This document shows positions 10,291 to 23,027 of a DNA stretch of 64,000 nt, one piece after another; the first letter of the stretch is position 1; every line of letters starts with the position of its first letter. Source of the stretch: Octopus sinensis (lineage: Eukaryota). The translations under genes and the position numbers were made by a program. The notes under the pieces are model-generated. The model searched no databases and was not told the origin of the DNA. It worked only from the letters and a program-made list of their open reading frames with translations. The stretch lies in NCBI RefSeq assembly GCF_006345805.1, contig NC_043000.1, positions 22,506,001 through 22,570,000 on the forward strand, given 5' to 3'.

Positions 10291-13179
10291 TATTGTTTTA
10301 AGCTGAGTGGGGGTGCTAGATTCTCTTGTTCGAAAATATAAGGACACAGATCATATCATATAGCCAGCTGGAGCCGATGTCTCCTGGGGCTAAATTACAG
10401 AAAACATTTGTCCTAAAGAGGACTGCCATGTTATGTTGGCAAACAATCTTTACTACAAAGTACTATTGCTGAATATCTCACATTGTGAGATTTAAAAATA
10501 GTAATTTTCTAAAAAATGGTTTTGTTTTTGAGAAAGAAATTGTTTTTCTATATTATGTGTCCAAAAAGAATGAGATTATGAATTCAACCAAAAGTTGATT
10601 TTTGTTTAGAAGTACAAAACTGTGTTTTTTCTTTTACTGACATGATTTGAAAGTGAATCTGTGAATGAGAGCATTTGTTTCAGCTGCTGCTTTCCAGCCA
10701 CAAGATATGGGCCATTGTTGTTGTTGTTTAAATTCAGATCAGTGATAATTCAGGGTGATTTCCTGCTCTGATATATTAAACCAAGTTTCTTCTTACTACA
10801 TCAAGTTTGTTGCATGGTTAAGAAATTTTCTTCACAGTCAGGTGGCTCCACGTTTGGTTCCACTATACAGTACTTATAGGATGGAGCTGATCCATGCTTT
10901 GTAAATGGAGTTTGCTTGATGGAAACTGTGGCAGCTAGTTGTGTGTGTGTGTGTGTGTGTACATATACCCCATCCCATCCCACAAATATCCTTTCCTCCA
11001 TCTAAGATGGTGTGGTTTAATGTAGATTTAGCTGCTATTTCTAGCTGGGTGAGTTACTATGTAAATAGGCTTTAGCTGTGCTGTATTCATGAGTCAGCTG
11101 GGGTTTTGTGTTGTGTTAGTTTACTTGATATGTGTTGTAATTGTGTTTTAATTATACTGAAGGAGATTAAGTTACTTTGTGCTCTAAACACCGTTCTTAA
11201 TGTGTCTCAGGAAGTTCTAAAAGACGTTTACCTTTTTATCTTTCTCTTTCAAATATTTTTTTATGATGTAGAAAAGGTAAGGCAATACTCCTAATATTTT
11301 TACAGGAGCCTTGAGGACTGGTAGGGAGAAGAGAAGAAGGAGCCACAACTTATAGGAAACTGGCAGATCTCATCTGAATACTTGCCATATAATGACCTAG
11401 TCTTAAACCAGGCAAGAAATTAAGTTTACAAATTAAGATCATGTGCTGAGTGCTTTTTATGTTGCACCAGCACTAGTAAGGTTACCAAGTAACTTGCAAG
11501 GCAAGGCCCCTCAACAGTCACCTGCTAATTTCTTGTTAATTAATTTCATTTGAGTCAACCCAAGCCTATGCAAGATAATAGATACTAAAGGTGCTGCAGC
11601 GGGATCAAATCCAAGACCATGTGGTTTGAAAATTATCTTCTCAATCATATTTCACTTTCAAATATTATTCAATAAATAGGCATCGACATGGCTGTGTGAT
11701 AAAAAGTTTGCTTCCTTATCACATGGTTTTGGATTCAGCTCCATAGCATGGCTCCTTGAGCAAATGTCTTCTATTATAGCCCCAAGCCAACCAAAGTCTT
11801 GTGAGTGGATTTGGTAGATGGAAACTAAAAGAAGCCTGTTACACATGCATGTGTGTGTGTGAAAGAAATTATGATCAATGCAAATTTACATTGTTTGCTC
11901 TCTTTGTAGTTTACATATATTTATGTGCTTGTGCGAGTGCATAAGCATCTGTGTCTTCTTGTCTTGACTATGAAGTCTGCCTGACCTCTGCAGGCATGGA
12001 AAAGTGTTTGTTAAAATGATGTTGATGTTGATGTTGACAAAAGCTTGCAATGTGATTTATACCTATTTTCTTTGTAGACGGTCTAATGATGTATGTAAAA
12101 TTATTTATGAAGTGTGTAATACAATATCTGTCACAATGTGATTTTGTGAACAAATATACCAAAAATACTTAACCTTACCAATTGAGCGACTATCTACACG
12201 CACACATCTTCTAACCAAGCCTCCAAAAATTCACCACTCATACACACGAACACACATACGTACACACTCATAGATTCAAAATAACAAAAAATACTCTCTT
12301 CTCAGTTCAACTCCAGATTTTTTCAACTGACTCACATATATAAAAGGCATAAATTTTCTGTAAAAATATGATTCCTGAATATCATTTTATAAAACTATCA
12401 TTCGTGAAATGATATGAAAGTGCTAAATAATTATAAAAAATTCTGAATACCTCCTTTTACTTATATATATATATATATCCTGTAATGACAATGTGTATGA
12501 TCATTTATTCTTTGCTTAAACAATGAAATGTTTAGGAAAGATATAAGCTGTTTGCTTCGAGAGATTATCTTGTATTAGGTCAGTGAGGTGAAGTTATTGT
12601 GCCAAACTTCTCTCTCAGAACTTTATTCCTTGGTTAAATTACATTCAAAGGATTATATATATATATACATACATACATACATATATATATGTGTGTGTGT
12701 GTGTGTATTATGCCCATGTTTATTGTTGTATAATAACAATATAATGTCTGATTTAAGCTGATATTAGAGACAAGCTTTTAATTTCTTAGCATTATATGGC
12801 TTAGAGAGGGGCTTTACAGACAGTGCTCAGACTAATATAATCTGACTAATACATGAAACTCTATTTATACTGATTGCTTAGAAAAAAAAGTAACAAACTT
12901 CTAAGATAATCTTCTGCTATCTTTTTCTGTGTTGGCCAAGATCTTCTCTTATAACAGTGATCTCAGTGACAGGAGAGGAAAATATTGAAAAATGTATTTC
13001 GTTAAAACATTTTGTTAGTTTTGTCTCTGGATGAGTGGATTGTAAGTTAGTGTGTGTGTGGACATTTATTCAAATATGAGTGCAAGCACTGCATATTTGC
13101 AGTACTTGCATGCATATCTAATTTGAATTCTAGTAAATCTTCATTATTTTTTTTTTTTACTCACATTAGTGCAAACACA

Positions 13180-13600
13180 GATATGGCTGTGTGGTAAGTA
13201 GCTTGCTAACGAACCACGTGGTTCCAGGTTCAGTCCTACTGCGTGGTACCTTGGGTGAGTGTCTTCTACTATAGCCTCAGGCCGACCAAAGCCTTGTGAG
13301 TGGATTTGGTCGATGGAAACTGAAAGAAGCCTGTGATATATATATATATATATATGATAATATTTGTGTGTCTGTGTTTGTCCCCCACACCATCACTTGA
13401 CAACCAATGCTGTTGTGTTTGTGTCCCAGTAACTTAGTGGTTCAGCAAAAGAGACTGGTCAACATGTACTGGCAAAAGAGACTGGTGCATGTTGACACTA
13501 GGCTTACAAAGAATAAGCCCTGGGGTCAATTTGCTTGACTAAAGGTGGTACTCCAGCATGGTCACAGTCAAATGACTGAAACAAGTAAAAGAATAATGTC
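13180..13600 (+). mobile_element. Full OR-like SINE
   Basis: Head, internal (TA)n and tail all present. Confidence 0.85.
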
Positions 13601-14444
13601 ATCATTATAATCTATCTGTCTATTGATCGATCTATCTATCCCTACATTCATCCATCCATGCATACATACATGCAAACCCATGCTGGCACCATGTAGGAAG
13701 CACCTGTGCTAGTGCCATATGAAATGGCACTTGTGCTGGTGCCATGTAAAAAGGTACCCATTCAGGTTCCAGGCAAGAAGCACTATCATGCTATGTCGAG
13801 GGAAGGAGATAGTAACACACATACATATATTTACAATGGGTTTCTTTCTGTTTCCATCTACCAAATCCTCTCACAAGGCCTTGGTCAGCAGAAGTCACTT
13901 GTTCAAGGTGCCATGCAGTGGGATTGAACTTGGAAGGAGACTTCTTACCACATACTTTTTGCCAATTGTGTAATAGACAGATCTTTGATATTTAAAAAAA
14001 AAATTCCAATTCTTAACCTAGTCTTTATGTTTTCCATATATTTCATAGAATATATCATTCTAGAGTCTTAAAAACATGTTTGATCTTGTTTGGTATGTCT
14101 CTCAGTTATATTGCTGATTAAGACTTTGGACTCTCTACATAAATTCAATTCACATCACCTCTGTTTTTAACTCAATGGCTTCTTAAAACCTCTACACCTC
14201 ATATAAATGTAATCATTTGACATTAAATCAAATGCATCAATTTATTGTGATGGTTTGAAACCTTCCTGATTTATAAATGATTTTTTTTTAACAAATCATA
14301 TCTGTTGATTATAACATGCATAATCTATTAATCCAATTAAAAATTTTCCAATGAAAAAATCATAAACGTCTCATGTGCCCTTTTTTTAACATAATTTCAA
14401 AATTACCTTTCCAACATATAACTTCATTATATATTCTTTATATA

Positions 14445-14660
14445 CAGTGTTCCCTCGCCATATTCCGGTACACCTCTCGTGGTTTATTATTTAAGCTTAT
14501 GTCGATTCCTCTGTGGTGTTGTTTTGCATTTATGACAAAATAAATATATACAAATTTAAAAAAAAAAAAAAAATATACAGTACAGTACTGTTTCTACTTT
14601 GTGAATTTTCACCTATCACAGGGGTTTTGGAATGTAACACCCGGGATAGTTGAGGGATTA

Positions 14661-14663
<3 letters not shown>
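14445..14663. mobile_element. pogo/Tigger-like MITE
   Basis: TA-flanked TIRs cagtgttccctcgccatattccgg / ccgggatagttgagggattactg. Confidence 0.7.

Positions 14664-14702
<39 letters not shown>
14664..14702. repeat. (TA)n microsatellite
   Basis: Perfect dinucleotide run. Confidence 0.95.
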
Positions 14703-14706
<4 letters not shown>

Positions 14707-15157
14707 GTAAGATCCAAAGATCAAGGTGTAGGAAGAAAGTGTGCTTAAAGCAACCATAGAAAATATCAGTGCAAAAGGTTGTAGATTTTTCCCAGATTGA
14801 AGTATGATAAGCTGAAAAGCTGGCAACCTTTAAATCTTGCATTTATATATATATATATATATATATAATCAAAATAAGCAACAAGTATATCCAAGGTAGA
14901 ATAGTACAATTGTTTCATGCTACTTCATTTTATTAAACACTGTAAGTATTACATCAGTTTTAAAATGTCGAGTACTCTTCAGCCACTTATAGAATTTTCC
15001 AGTCAAATGGACAATGCACATTCTTATCCCTATTTCATTTGCCAACATTATAAAGAGGGTAGATATATAGACAAAGAGGTTGGTTTCATTCTTAAGAACA
15101 TGATAGTAGTATATTCACTCTCTGACTCTGAGAGTGAATATATATATATATATATAT

Positions 15158-18100
15158 CATCATCATCATATCATCATCATTAGCGTCCGTTTTCCATGCT
15201 AGCATGGGTTGGACGGTTCTACTGGGGTCTGTGAAGCCAGAAGGCTTCATCAGGCCCAGTCAAATCTGGCAGTGTTTCTACGGCTGGATGCCCTTCCTAA
15301 CGCCAACCACTCCGTGAATGTAGTGGGTGCTTTTTACGTGCCACCCGCACTGGTGCCACAGAGCTGGCAAACGGCCACGAACGGATGGTGCTTTTTATGT
15401 GCCACCGGCACGAGGGCCAGGCGAGGCTGGCAACGGACACGAAACGGGGCGGTGCTGGCAACGGTCGCGAAACGGAAAGTTCTCTTACATGCCACCGGCA
15501 CTGGTAACACATCTGCAATTTCCATTGATCGATTTCGATTCTGATCCTCACTTGCCTCAATGGGTCTTCACAAGCAGAGTTTCGACATGCCACCGGCACT
15601 GGTAGCACATCCGCAATTTCCATTGATCGATTTCGATTCTGATCCTCACTTGCCTCAACACGTCTTCACAAGTAGAGTTTTGTGTCCCAAGAAGGAAGGT
15701 ATGCATACGTAGGCTGGCTCCATCCCATGTAGAAGGCCACGGGTTGTGGACTCACTTGTCCTGCCGGGTCTTCTCGCGCACAGCACACTTCCAGAGGTCT
15801 CGGTCTCTAGTCATTTCCGCAGTGAGACCTAAAGTTCGAAGGTCGTGCTTCACCACCTCGTCCCAGGTTTTCCTGGGTCTGCCTCTTCCACAGGTTCCCT
15901 CAACCGCTAGGGTGTGGCACTTTTTCACACAACTATCTTCATCCATTCTCGCCACATGACCATACCAGCGCAAACGTCTCTCTTGCACACCACACTGATG
16001 CTTCTTAGGTCCAGCTTTTCTCTCAGGTACTTACACTCTGCCGAGTGTGAGTACCAGCATTACACATCCATCGGAGCATACTGGCTTCATTTCTAGCGAG
16101 CTTACGCATATCCTCAGTAGTCACGGCCCATGTTTCACTGCCATGTAGCATGGCTGTTCGTACACACGCATCATACAGCCTGCCTTTCACTCTGTGCGAG
16201 AGGCCTTTTGTCACCAGCAGAGGTAAGAGCTCTCTGAACTTTGCCCAAGCTATTCTTACTCTAGCAGTTACACTTTCAGCACACCCACCCCCGCTGCTGA
16301 CTTGGTCACCTAGGTAACGGAAACTATCAACTATTTCTAGTTTTTCTCCCTGGAAAGTGACGGAAGTTGGTCTCAGAGCATTTTCAGTGTTTATTGTTCC
16401 TGAGCATCTGCCACATACAAAAACCATCTTCCTAGTTAGCCTTCCTTTGACATTGCTGCATCTCTTATGTGTCCATAGCTTACACTTGGTGCATCTTATA
16501 GAGTTTCTACCTACACCTTTTCTACAGATCGAGCAGGCCATCTACCTGAAGGTGTTTGTGATTTGTCTACCTTCCTACTGATTACGACTTTGGTTTTAGC
16601 TAGATTGACTCTGAGGCCCTTCGATTCTAATCCTTGTTTCCACACCTGAAACTTCTCCTCCAGTTCTGATAGCGACTCAGCAATTAGAGCAAGGTCATCA
16701 GCATAGAGGAGCTCCCAAGGGCATCCTGTCTTGAATTCCTCCGTTATTGCCTGGAGGACTATGATAAATAGGAGGGGGCTGAGTACTGAGCCTTGGTGGA
16801 CCCCTACCTCTACCCGGAATTCTTCACTGTACTCATTTCCACCAACCCTCACCCTACTAGCGGCGTCCCTATACATGGCCCGCACAGCTCTCACTAACCA
16901 TTCATCTATCCCTAGTTTTCTCATTGCCCACCAGATAAGGGATCGGGGGACCCTGTCGAAGGCTTTCTCCATGTCAACAAAAGCCAGGTACAGGGGCTTA
17001 TCTTTGGCTAGGTATTTCTCCTGCAGCTGCCTTACCAGGAATATAGCATCAGTAGTACTTTTCCCTGGCACAAACCCAAACTGCATCTCATCTAAACTAA
17101 CTCTCTCTCTCTAATTAGTTGGGCTATGACCCTCTCCGTAACTTCATCACCTGGTCCAACAGCTTGATACCTCTGTAGTTATTTGTATCTAGGGCATCAC
17201 CTTTACCTTTGTAGCAGTTGACTATTATACTGCTACACCAGTCATTGGGTATGACCCCTTTGTGTATCACCTGATTAACTATATGGGTGACTAGGCTATA
17301 GCCGACACTACCAGACATTTTGAGCATCTCTGCAGTGATTCCTGATGGGCCTGGGGCTTTCCCTGTCTTCATGCTTCTAATTGCCTTAGCTACCACAGAA
17401 CTATCAACTCGGATAGCTGGTCCCTCTGTTGGGTCAACATTCGGCAGACTCTCTTTATCCCATTCATTTTCTTCATTCAGCAACCTTTCATAGTGGCATC
17501 TCCAAACCTCTCTCTTCGCATCCTCATTTAGCGCAAGTGAACCATCTTCCATGCGAACACACTTCTCTCCTACCACATCACGATTCTCTCTCAACACTGT
17601 CTTGCAACACGAAACACCTCCAGTCTTTGGTCCTCACGGCGCAGAACATTGGCAAATTTTTTCTTATCTGCTTCCCCTCTGGCTAAATAAACCTGTCTCC
17701 TAGCTTCTCTTTTGGCAGTCTGATACAATTCCCTGCTACCCCCCTTTTTTCCAGACCTTCCAAGCCTGTCTCTTTTCTCTAATAGCCCTGTCTACAATAT
17801 TGTTCCACCACCACGTTATTCTAGGTCGAGGGGACTTTGCACCAGCCACAGATCTGGTCAGTGGCTCTCAGCAGGTTGTCCCTTAGAAACGTCCAGCTGT
17901 CTTTCTTCTACCCCCTGTGATGCTCTATCCCCTTCTACTTCGTCAGAGGCTTCAAGTAATATGTCCCTAAATCTCTGTCCATTTGCAGGATCTTTAAGCT
18001 TCCAGATCCTTCTTCTCCATATTTGTCGTCTTCTGGTTGTCCTCCTAGTCCTGATCCTAAAGTCACTAACTACCAGTCTATGTTGTGGGTACATTCTTCA

Positions 18101-18897
18101 CCTGGGAAGGTTTTGGCATTTATAAGCAGCCATCTCTCCCTTTGCCTTGTAAGGATGTAGTCAATTTGGCTGGTATGTTGGCCCGATTGGTATGACTAGG
18201 TGGCTGGTAGGTTTCCTGAATTTAGTGTTGCAAATCATAAGATTATTTGCATCGCAGAACTCCAGCAGCCTGGTTCCCTCCTCGTTGCGGGAGCCATAGC
18301 CATAGCCTCCATGTACGCCATGGAAGCCCCCAGCATGTCGTCCAACGTGACCATTGAAGTCACCAGCCACAAAGATAAGGTCTCTGTCGTTCGTCAATGA
18401 GGTAGTCTGCAGTAGAGTGTCATAGAATCGGTCTTTCTGTCCATCGGGTAGCCCCGACTGAGGAGCATAGGCTGATATAATGGTTGCTAAACTATGATGA
18501 AGCACTAATCTAATCTTAAGTATTCTGTCACTTACTCTGATTACCTCAATTACTTTATCTACCCATTTCTCAGCGATAAGTATACCCACGTCACCAACCC
18601 CCGTCAGTGTTCCCTGCCCAGAAAATCTTGTACCTGCGTTCCTTGCCTGTGAGGAACCTAGCTGATCCTCCTCTCCACCTTATTTCTTGCATGCAACATA
18701 TATCCACACATCTCCGTTCAAGCATCTCGACTATCACCAGACCTACCTTTCAGAGTGCCAACGTTGAGGGTGTGGAAGGCATGGGCTCTAGAGACCCTGG
18801 GCGTGGACAGTAGCTTCGTGTACCTGAAAGAAAGCTCGCATTGGCAGAATTCATGTGCAAGAATGAAGTAGTAAAGTAGCCTTCAGTACAACCTGCA
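15158..18897 (-). mobile_element. Near full-length RTE-clade non-LTR retrotransposon; ORF disrupted by several frameshifts
   Basis: AP endonuclease motifs (TLNVGTL, SAYAPQ, AGDFNGHVG), RT motifs (QFGF.PG, DMEKAFD, QGSVLSP, YADD), FRYLG thumb, and RTE C-terminus WYGHVARM...GRGRPRKTW. Stop at 15752-15754, modular 3' UTR, (ATG)n tail. ORF pieces lie in different frames. Confidence 0.97.
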
Positions 18898-18898
18898 T

Positions 18899-18914
18899 AA
18901 TATATATATATATA

Positions 18915-18951
<37 letters not shown>
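18899..18951. repeat. (TA)n tract flanking the RTE 5' end
   Basis: Direct read; a TA tract also flanks the 3' end (15137-15157). Confidence 0.95.
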
Positions 18952-18954
<3 letters not shown>

Positions 18955-19310
18955 ATCATCATCATTTTTTAAATTTCCACTTTCCGTGCTGGCATGGCTT
19001 GGATGGTTTGAATGAAAACTGGTAAGCCGGGGAGCTGCACCTGGTCCCAATCTGATTTGGCAAGGTTTCTATGGCTAGATGCCTTTCCTAATGCTAACCA
19101 CTCCAGGAGTGTAGCGGGTGTTTTTTATGTGCCACTAGGAAGGGTGCCATTGATGCGACACTAGCATCAGCCACAACTACAGGCTCACTTTTTTTTAATG
19201 TCTTGCAAGTACTTGGTGACCCTGTCAATGCAGGTGCCACTTAAAAGCATCAAGTCCACACTGTAAAGCCAGGCAATTTTCAACACATCCTCGTACACAC
19301 ACATACATAC

Positions 19311-19468
19311 AGGAGTGGCTGTGTGGTAAGTAGCTTGCTTACTAACCACATGGTTCCGGGTTCAGTGTCACCATGTGGCACCTTGGGCAAGTGTCTTCTA
19401 CTATAGCCTCGGGCTGACCCAAGCCTTGTGGGTGGATTTGGTAGACAGAAACTCAAAGGAGCCTGTCG

Positions 19469-19518
<50 letters not shown>

Positions 19519-19720
19519 TTGTGTGTCTGTGTTTGTCTCCCCAACATCGCTTGACAACTGATGCTGGTATGTTTATGTCCCCGTCACTTAGTGGTTTGGC
19601 AAGAGAGACTGATAGAATAAGTACTAGGCTTACAAAGAATAAGTCCTGGGGTCGATTTGCTCAACTAAAGGTGGTGCTCCAGCATGGCCGCAGTCAAATG
19701 ACTGAAACAAATAAAAGTAT
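19311..19720 (+). mobile_element. Full OR-like SINE
   Basis: tRNA-like head, (TA)n centre, tail ending gaaacaaataaaag. Confidence 0.9.
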
Positions 19721-19727
19721 ATATATA

Positions 19728-19766
<39 letters not shown>

Positions 19767-19767
<1 letters not shown>

Positions 19768-20080
19768 AAGGGTAAAGACCCCCTTTGGTCATGAATGACT
19801 TTGGGATTGCACTCAGAAAGTTACCCTCTGAGGCACAAGTCTGGGCAAGGTTGTTAATGGTGGAAGACCAGCTGTTGCCCATGCAAACCAGCCTCCCTTC
19901 TCCATGCTACTGATGTTATCCAAGGGAAAAGCAAAGGGGCTGATACAGCTTGGTGCCAGTGATGCTGCAGCACATTTCTACAGCCTTGCTCAAGAACACA
20001 ACATACAGTCTGATCTGGGAATTGAACTCACTACCTCGTGATTGTGAGCTTGATGCTCTAACCACTGAGCCATGCGCCTT
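19767..20080 (-). mobile_element. tRNA-derived SINE (second family)
   Basis: Reverse complement of the head aggcgcatggctcagtggttagagc; homologous to 36156-36480. Confidence 0.85.
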
Positions 20081-20154
20081 CACAAACACACACTCACAGT
20101 TTCATCTTTGACTATACAGCCTCATTTCCCAAACTGTATATTTAGGACTATACG

Positions 20155-20365
20155 GCAGTGAGCTGGCAGAATCATTAGCATATTGGGTAAAATGCTTAGC
20201 AGTATTCCATCTGCCACTGCATTCTGAGTTCAAATTCCACCAAGGTCAAATTTTCCTTTTATCCTTTCGGGGTCAATAAATTAACTACCAGTTGCATACT
20301 GGGGTCGGTCTAATCGACTGGTCCCCTTCCGCCAAATTTCAGGCCTGAGTAGAAAAGAGTATATT
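20155..20365 (+). mobile_element. SINE with type-B tail (…aaatttcaggcc…tagaaaag)
   Basis: Same head and body as type A but a different 3' end. Confidence 0.8.
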
Positions 20366-20844
20366 TATGACTATGGTATTTAATGTGTCTATCCTTTTTT
20401 ACCCAAAGCAAGGAACTTCTCAGCACCCCCTCCCGTATGCTATAGCATAATTCATTCATCTAAATCTAGAACACCTTTCTTTTTTGATGTAATTGCTCAA
20501 GTTAAAACCTCACAGGTTTTGATCAACTCTATAATTAACCATTTTGAAATAACATACTGTCTTTGAACCTACTCCTTTTATAACTAAACCAATTAAGTTA
20601 AATAACATGTTATCAACCTAATTTTATTCATTGTTTCATATTGAATAAACCACCAACTGTTTAATACATTATATGTTCAGATAATTGACACTTAGTGGTT
20701 TCCTCTGAAACCGAAAGATAAATATTCCAATTATCATATTTATTTGTATATAAGTTGCATTTGTGTAAAAGTCATATACTTAACTCTTTAGCATTTAGAT
20801 TATTCTGTTAGTATAACATATAATCAATCATCTTCATTATTGTT

Positions 20845-21830
20845 GCATAATGTCCTCTTTCCATGCTGGCATGGGCTGGACGGTTTGACTGAGGACTGGC
20901 AAGTCAGGAGGCTGCACCCAGGCTCCAATCCAACCTGGCAAAGTTTCTACAGGTGGATGCTCTTTCTAACGTCAACCACTCCGAGTGTGTAGTGGGTGCT
21001 TTTTACGTGCCACTGGTATGGGAGTCAGTCAAGTGGCACTGGCATCGGCCATGCTCAAATGGTGCTTTTTACGTGCCACTGGCATGGGAACCTGTCAGGT
21101 GGCACTGGTATTGACCATGCTTGAATGATGCTTTTTACACACCACTGGCACGGGAGCCAGCCAGGTGGCACTGGCATTGACCATGCTTGGCACATAAAAG
21201 CACCATTCAAACGTGGTTGATGCCAGCAACCTCTGCTGGTGGCACATAAAAAAGCACCCACTACACTCTCACAGTAGTTGGTGTTAGGAAGGGCATCCAG
21301 CTGTAGAAACACTGCCAGATCAGACTGGAGCCTGGTGCAACCTCCTGGCTTCCCAGACCCTAGTTGAACCGTCCAACCCCTACCAACGTGGAAAATGGAT
21401 GTTAAATGATGATGATGATGACTGGCATGGGTGCCAGTCAAACAGCACTCGAATTGGCCATACTCGAATGATACTTTATACATGTCACTGGCACGGGAGT
21501 CAGTCAGGTGGCACTGGCATTGGCCATGCTCAAATGGTGCTTTTTACATGCCACTGCCCATGGGTGTTAGTCAGGCAGCACTAGCATCAGCCACGATCAA
21601 ATGGTGCTTTTTTGTGCCACCAGCACGAGTGCCAGTCAGGTGGCACTGATATCAGCCATGACTGCGATTTCACTTGACTCAACAAGTCTTCTCAAGCACA
21701 GCATATTGCATGATGGCTGAAGGGTACTTTTAAATGGGTCAGTTATGTGGCACTGGCATCGGCCATGGGTATGATCTCACTTGGCTTGTTGAGTCTTCTT
21801 AAGCACAGCATATCTCCAGAGGTCATAATA
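20845..21830. mobile_element. Cluster of RTE 3'-UTR copies and module arrays in both orientations
   Basis: Minus copy 20845-21200, plus copy to 21420, minus modules 21420-21830. Confidence 0.75.
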
Positions 21831-21945
21831 TATATGATAGCATGGAAAGCGGACGTTAAATGATGAATGATAATATAAAATCAAAAACCACAATCTGAAT
21901 TTTAATCAAATCAAAATCAAAAATGAAAATTGTGGTTGTGGCCAA

Positions 21946-22135
21946 TGCCAGTGCCGCCTGACTGGCTCCCGTGCTAGTGGCACGCCATAAGCACCATTCA
22001 TGCATGGGTCATTGCCAGTGCCGCCTGACTGGCTCCCGTGCTAGTGGCATGCCATAAGCACCATTCATGCCTGGGTCATTGCCAGTACCGCCTGACTGGC
22101 TCTCCATGTCGGTGGCATGTAAAAAGCACCATCCA
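21946..22135 (+). repeat. 67-nt tandem array derived from RTE 3'-UTR modules
   Basis: tgccagt…cgcctgactggctc recurs at 21946, 22013 and 22080. Confidence 0.9.
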
Positions 22136-22138
22136 AGC

Positions 22139-22366
22139 TCTCTTACAAATGCACGCTGCATTTGTTCGAGCATACTCCAACACACAAAATGCCTTTTCTC
22201 TTCCAGTGAATGCCATTCCTATACCTGAAAAGATAAACATATCAAACATTAAACATAAACTTTTGACCTGTTTCTACATATGCTGTTGAAATTTGAAGTA
22301 ATTTGAACAAGAACTGGCAAAGTTATTAGATTGTGAAATGATATAAAAAAATTTTTAAACACCCTG
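22139..22366 (-). mobile_element. Tc1/mariner 5' end with transposase N-terminus remnant
   Basis: TA+cagggtgt terminus; ATG at 22216 gives MAFTGREKAFCVLEYART. Confidence 0.75.
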
Positions 22367-22380
22367 TATAATGTAATATA

Positions 22381-22660
22381 ATCATCATCATCATCGTTTA
22401 ACGTCCGTTCTCCATGCTAGCATGGGTTGGATGGTTCGACCAGGGATCTGGGAAGCCAGAAGGCTGCCCCAGGCTCCGGTCTTATCTGGCAATGTTTCTA
22501 CAGCTGGATGCCCTTCCTAACGCCAACCACTCCGTGAGTGTAGTGGGTGCTTCTTACGTGCCACCTGCACTGGAGCCAGGCGAGGCTGGCATCGGCCACG
22601 GTCGGATTGGTGCATTTTACGTGCCATCTGCACGGAAGCCAGTCGAGGCGGCGCTGATAA
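22381..22660 (-). mobile_element. Young RTE 3'-UTR copy
   Basis: CpG-retaining match to the RTE tail. Confidence 0.9.
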
Positions 22661-22827
22661 TATATATTCACATTGTTTTGAATTAATCATGTATTATTTC
22701 ATAGCTTCAAGATGCTGATGATGTGAGTGTTTATTTCTAGAATGGCAGTATAGGATTGGTGTGAAAGGCTGGATCTGGTCAGTTTGAATATAAAACAGGC
22801 TGAATATACAAGCCAGATGTAGCTGTT

Positions 22828-23027
22828 TTAACCCTTAAGCATTTAGATTACTCTGTCATGTGTAATGCTTATTTATCCATATTGCTTTGAGTTAATCATG
22901 CATAATCTCATCATTTCAAGATTTGACATTGTAGGGTAGTTGTGAAAAGCTGAGTCCAGCTAGTTTAAGCATAAAACAGATAGAATATTTGGGCTGGATA
23001 TGACCGGTTCAAATGTTAAAGGGTTAA
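22828..23027 (+). mobile_element. TTAA-type MITE family A
   Basis: TTAA-ccctt…aaaggg-TTAA termini. Confidence 0.8.

Larger units (their letters stand above)
9739..10512. mobile_element. Palindromic hammerhead-containing repeat (about 350-nt unit); Penelope-like/retrozyme-like
   Basis: Left arm is one unit plus a partial unit (gtagtaaa recurs at 9741 and 10091). The right arm is the inverted equivalent (tgtgagattt at 10131 and 10484). Each arm has a hammerhead core. Confidence 0.8.
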
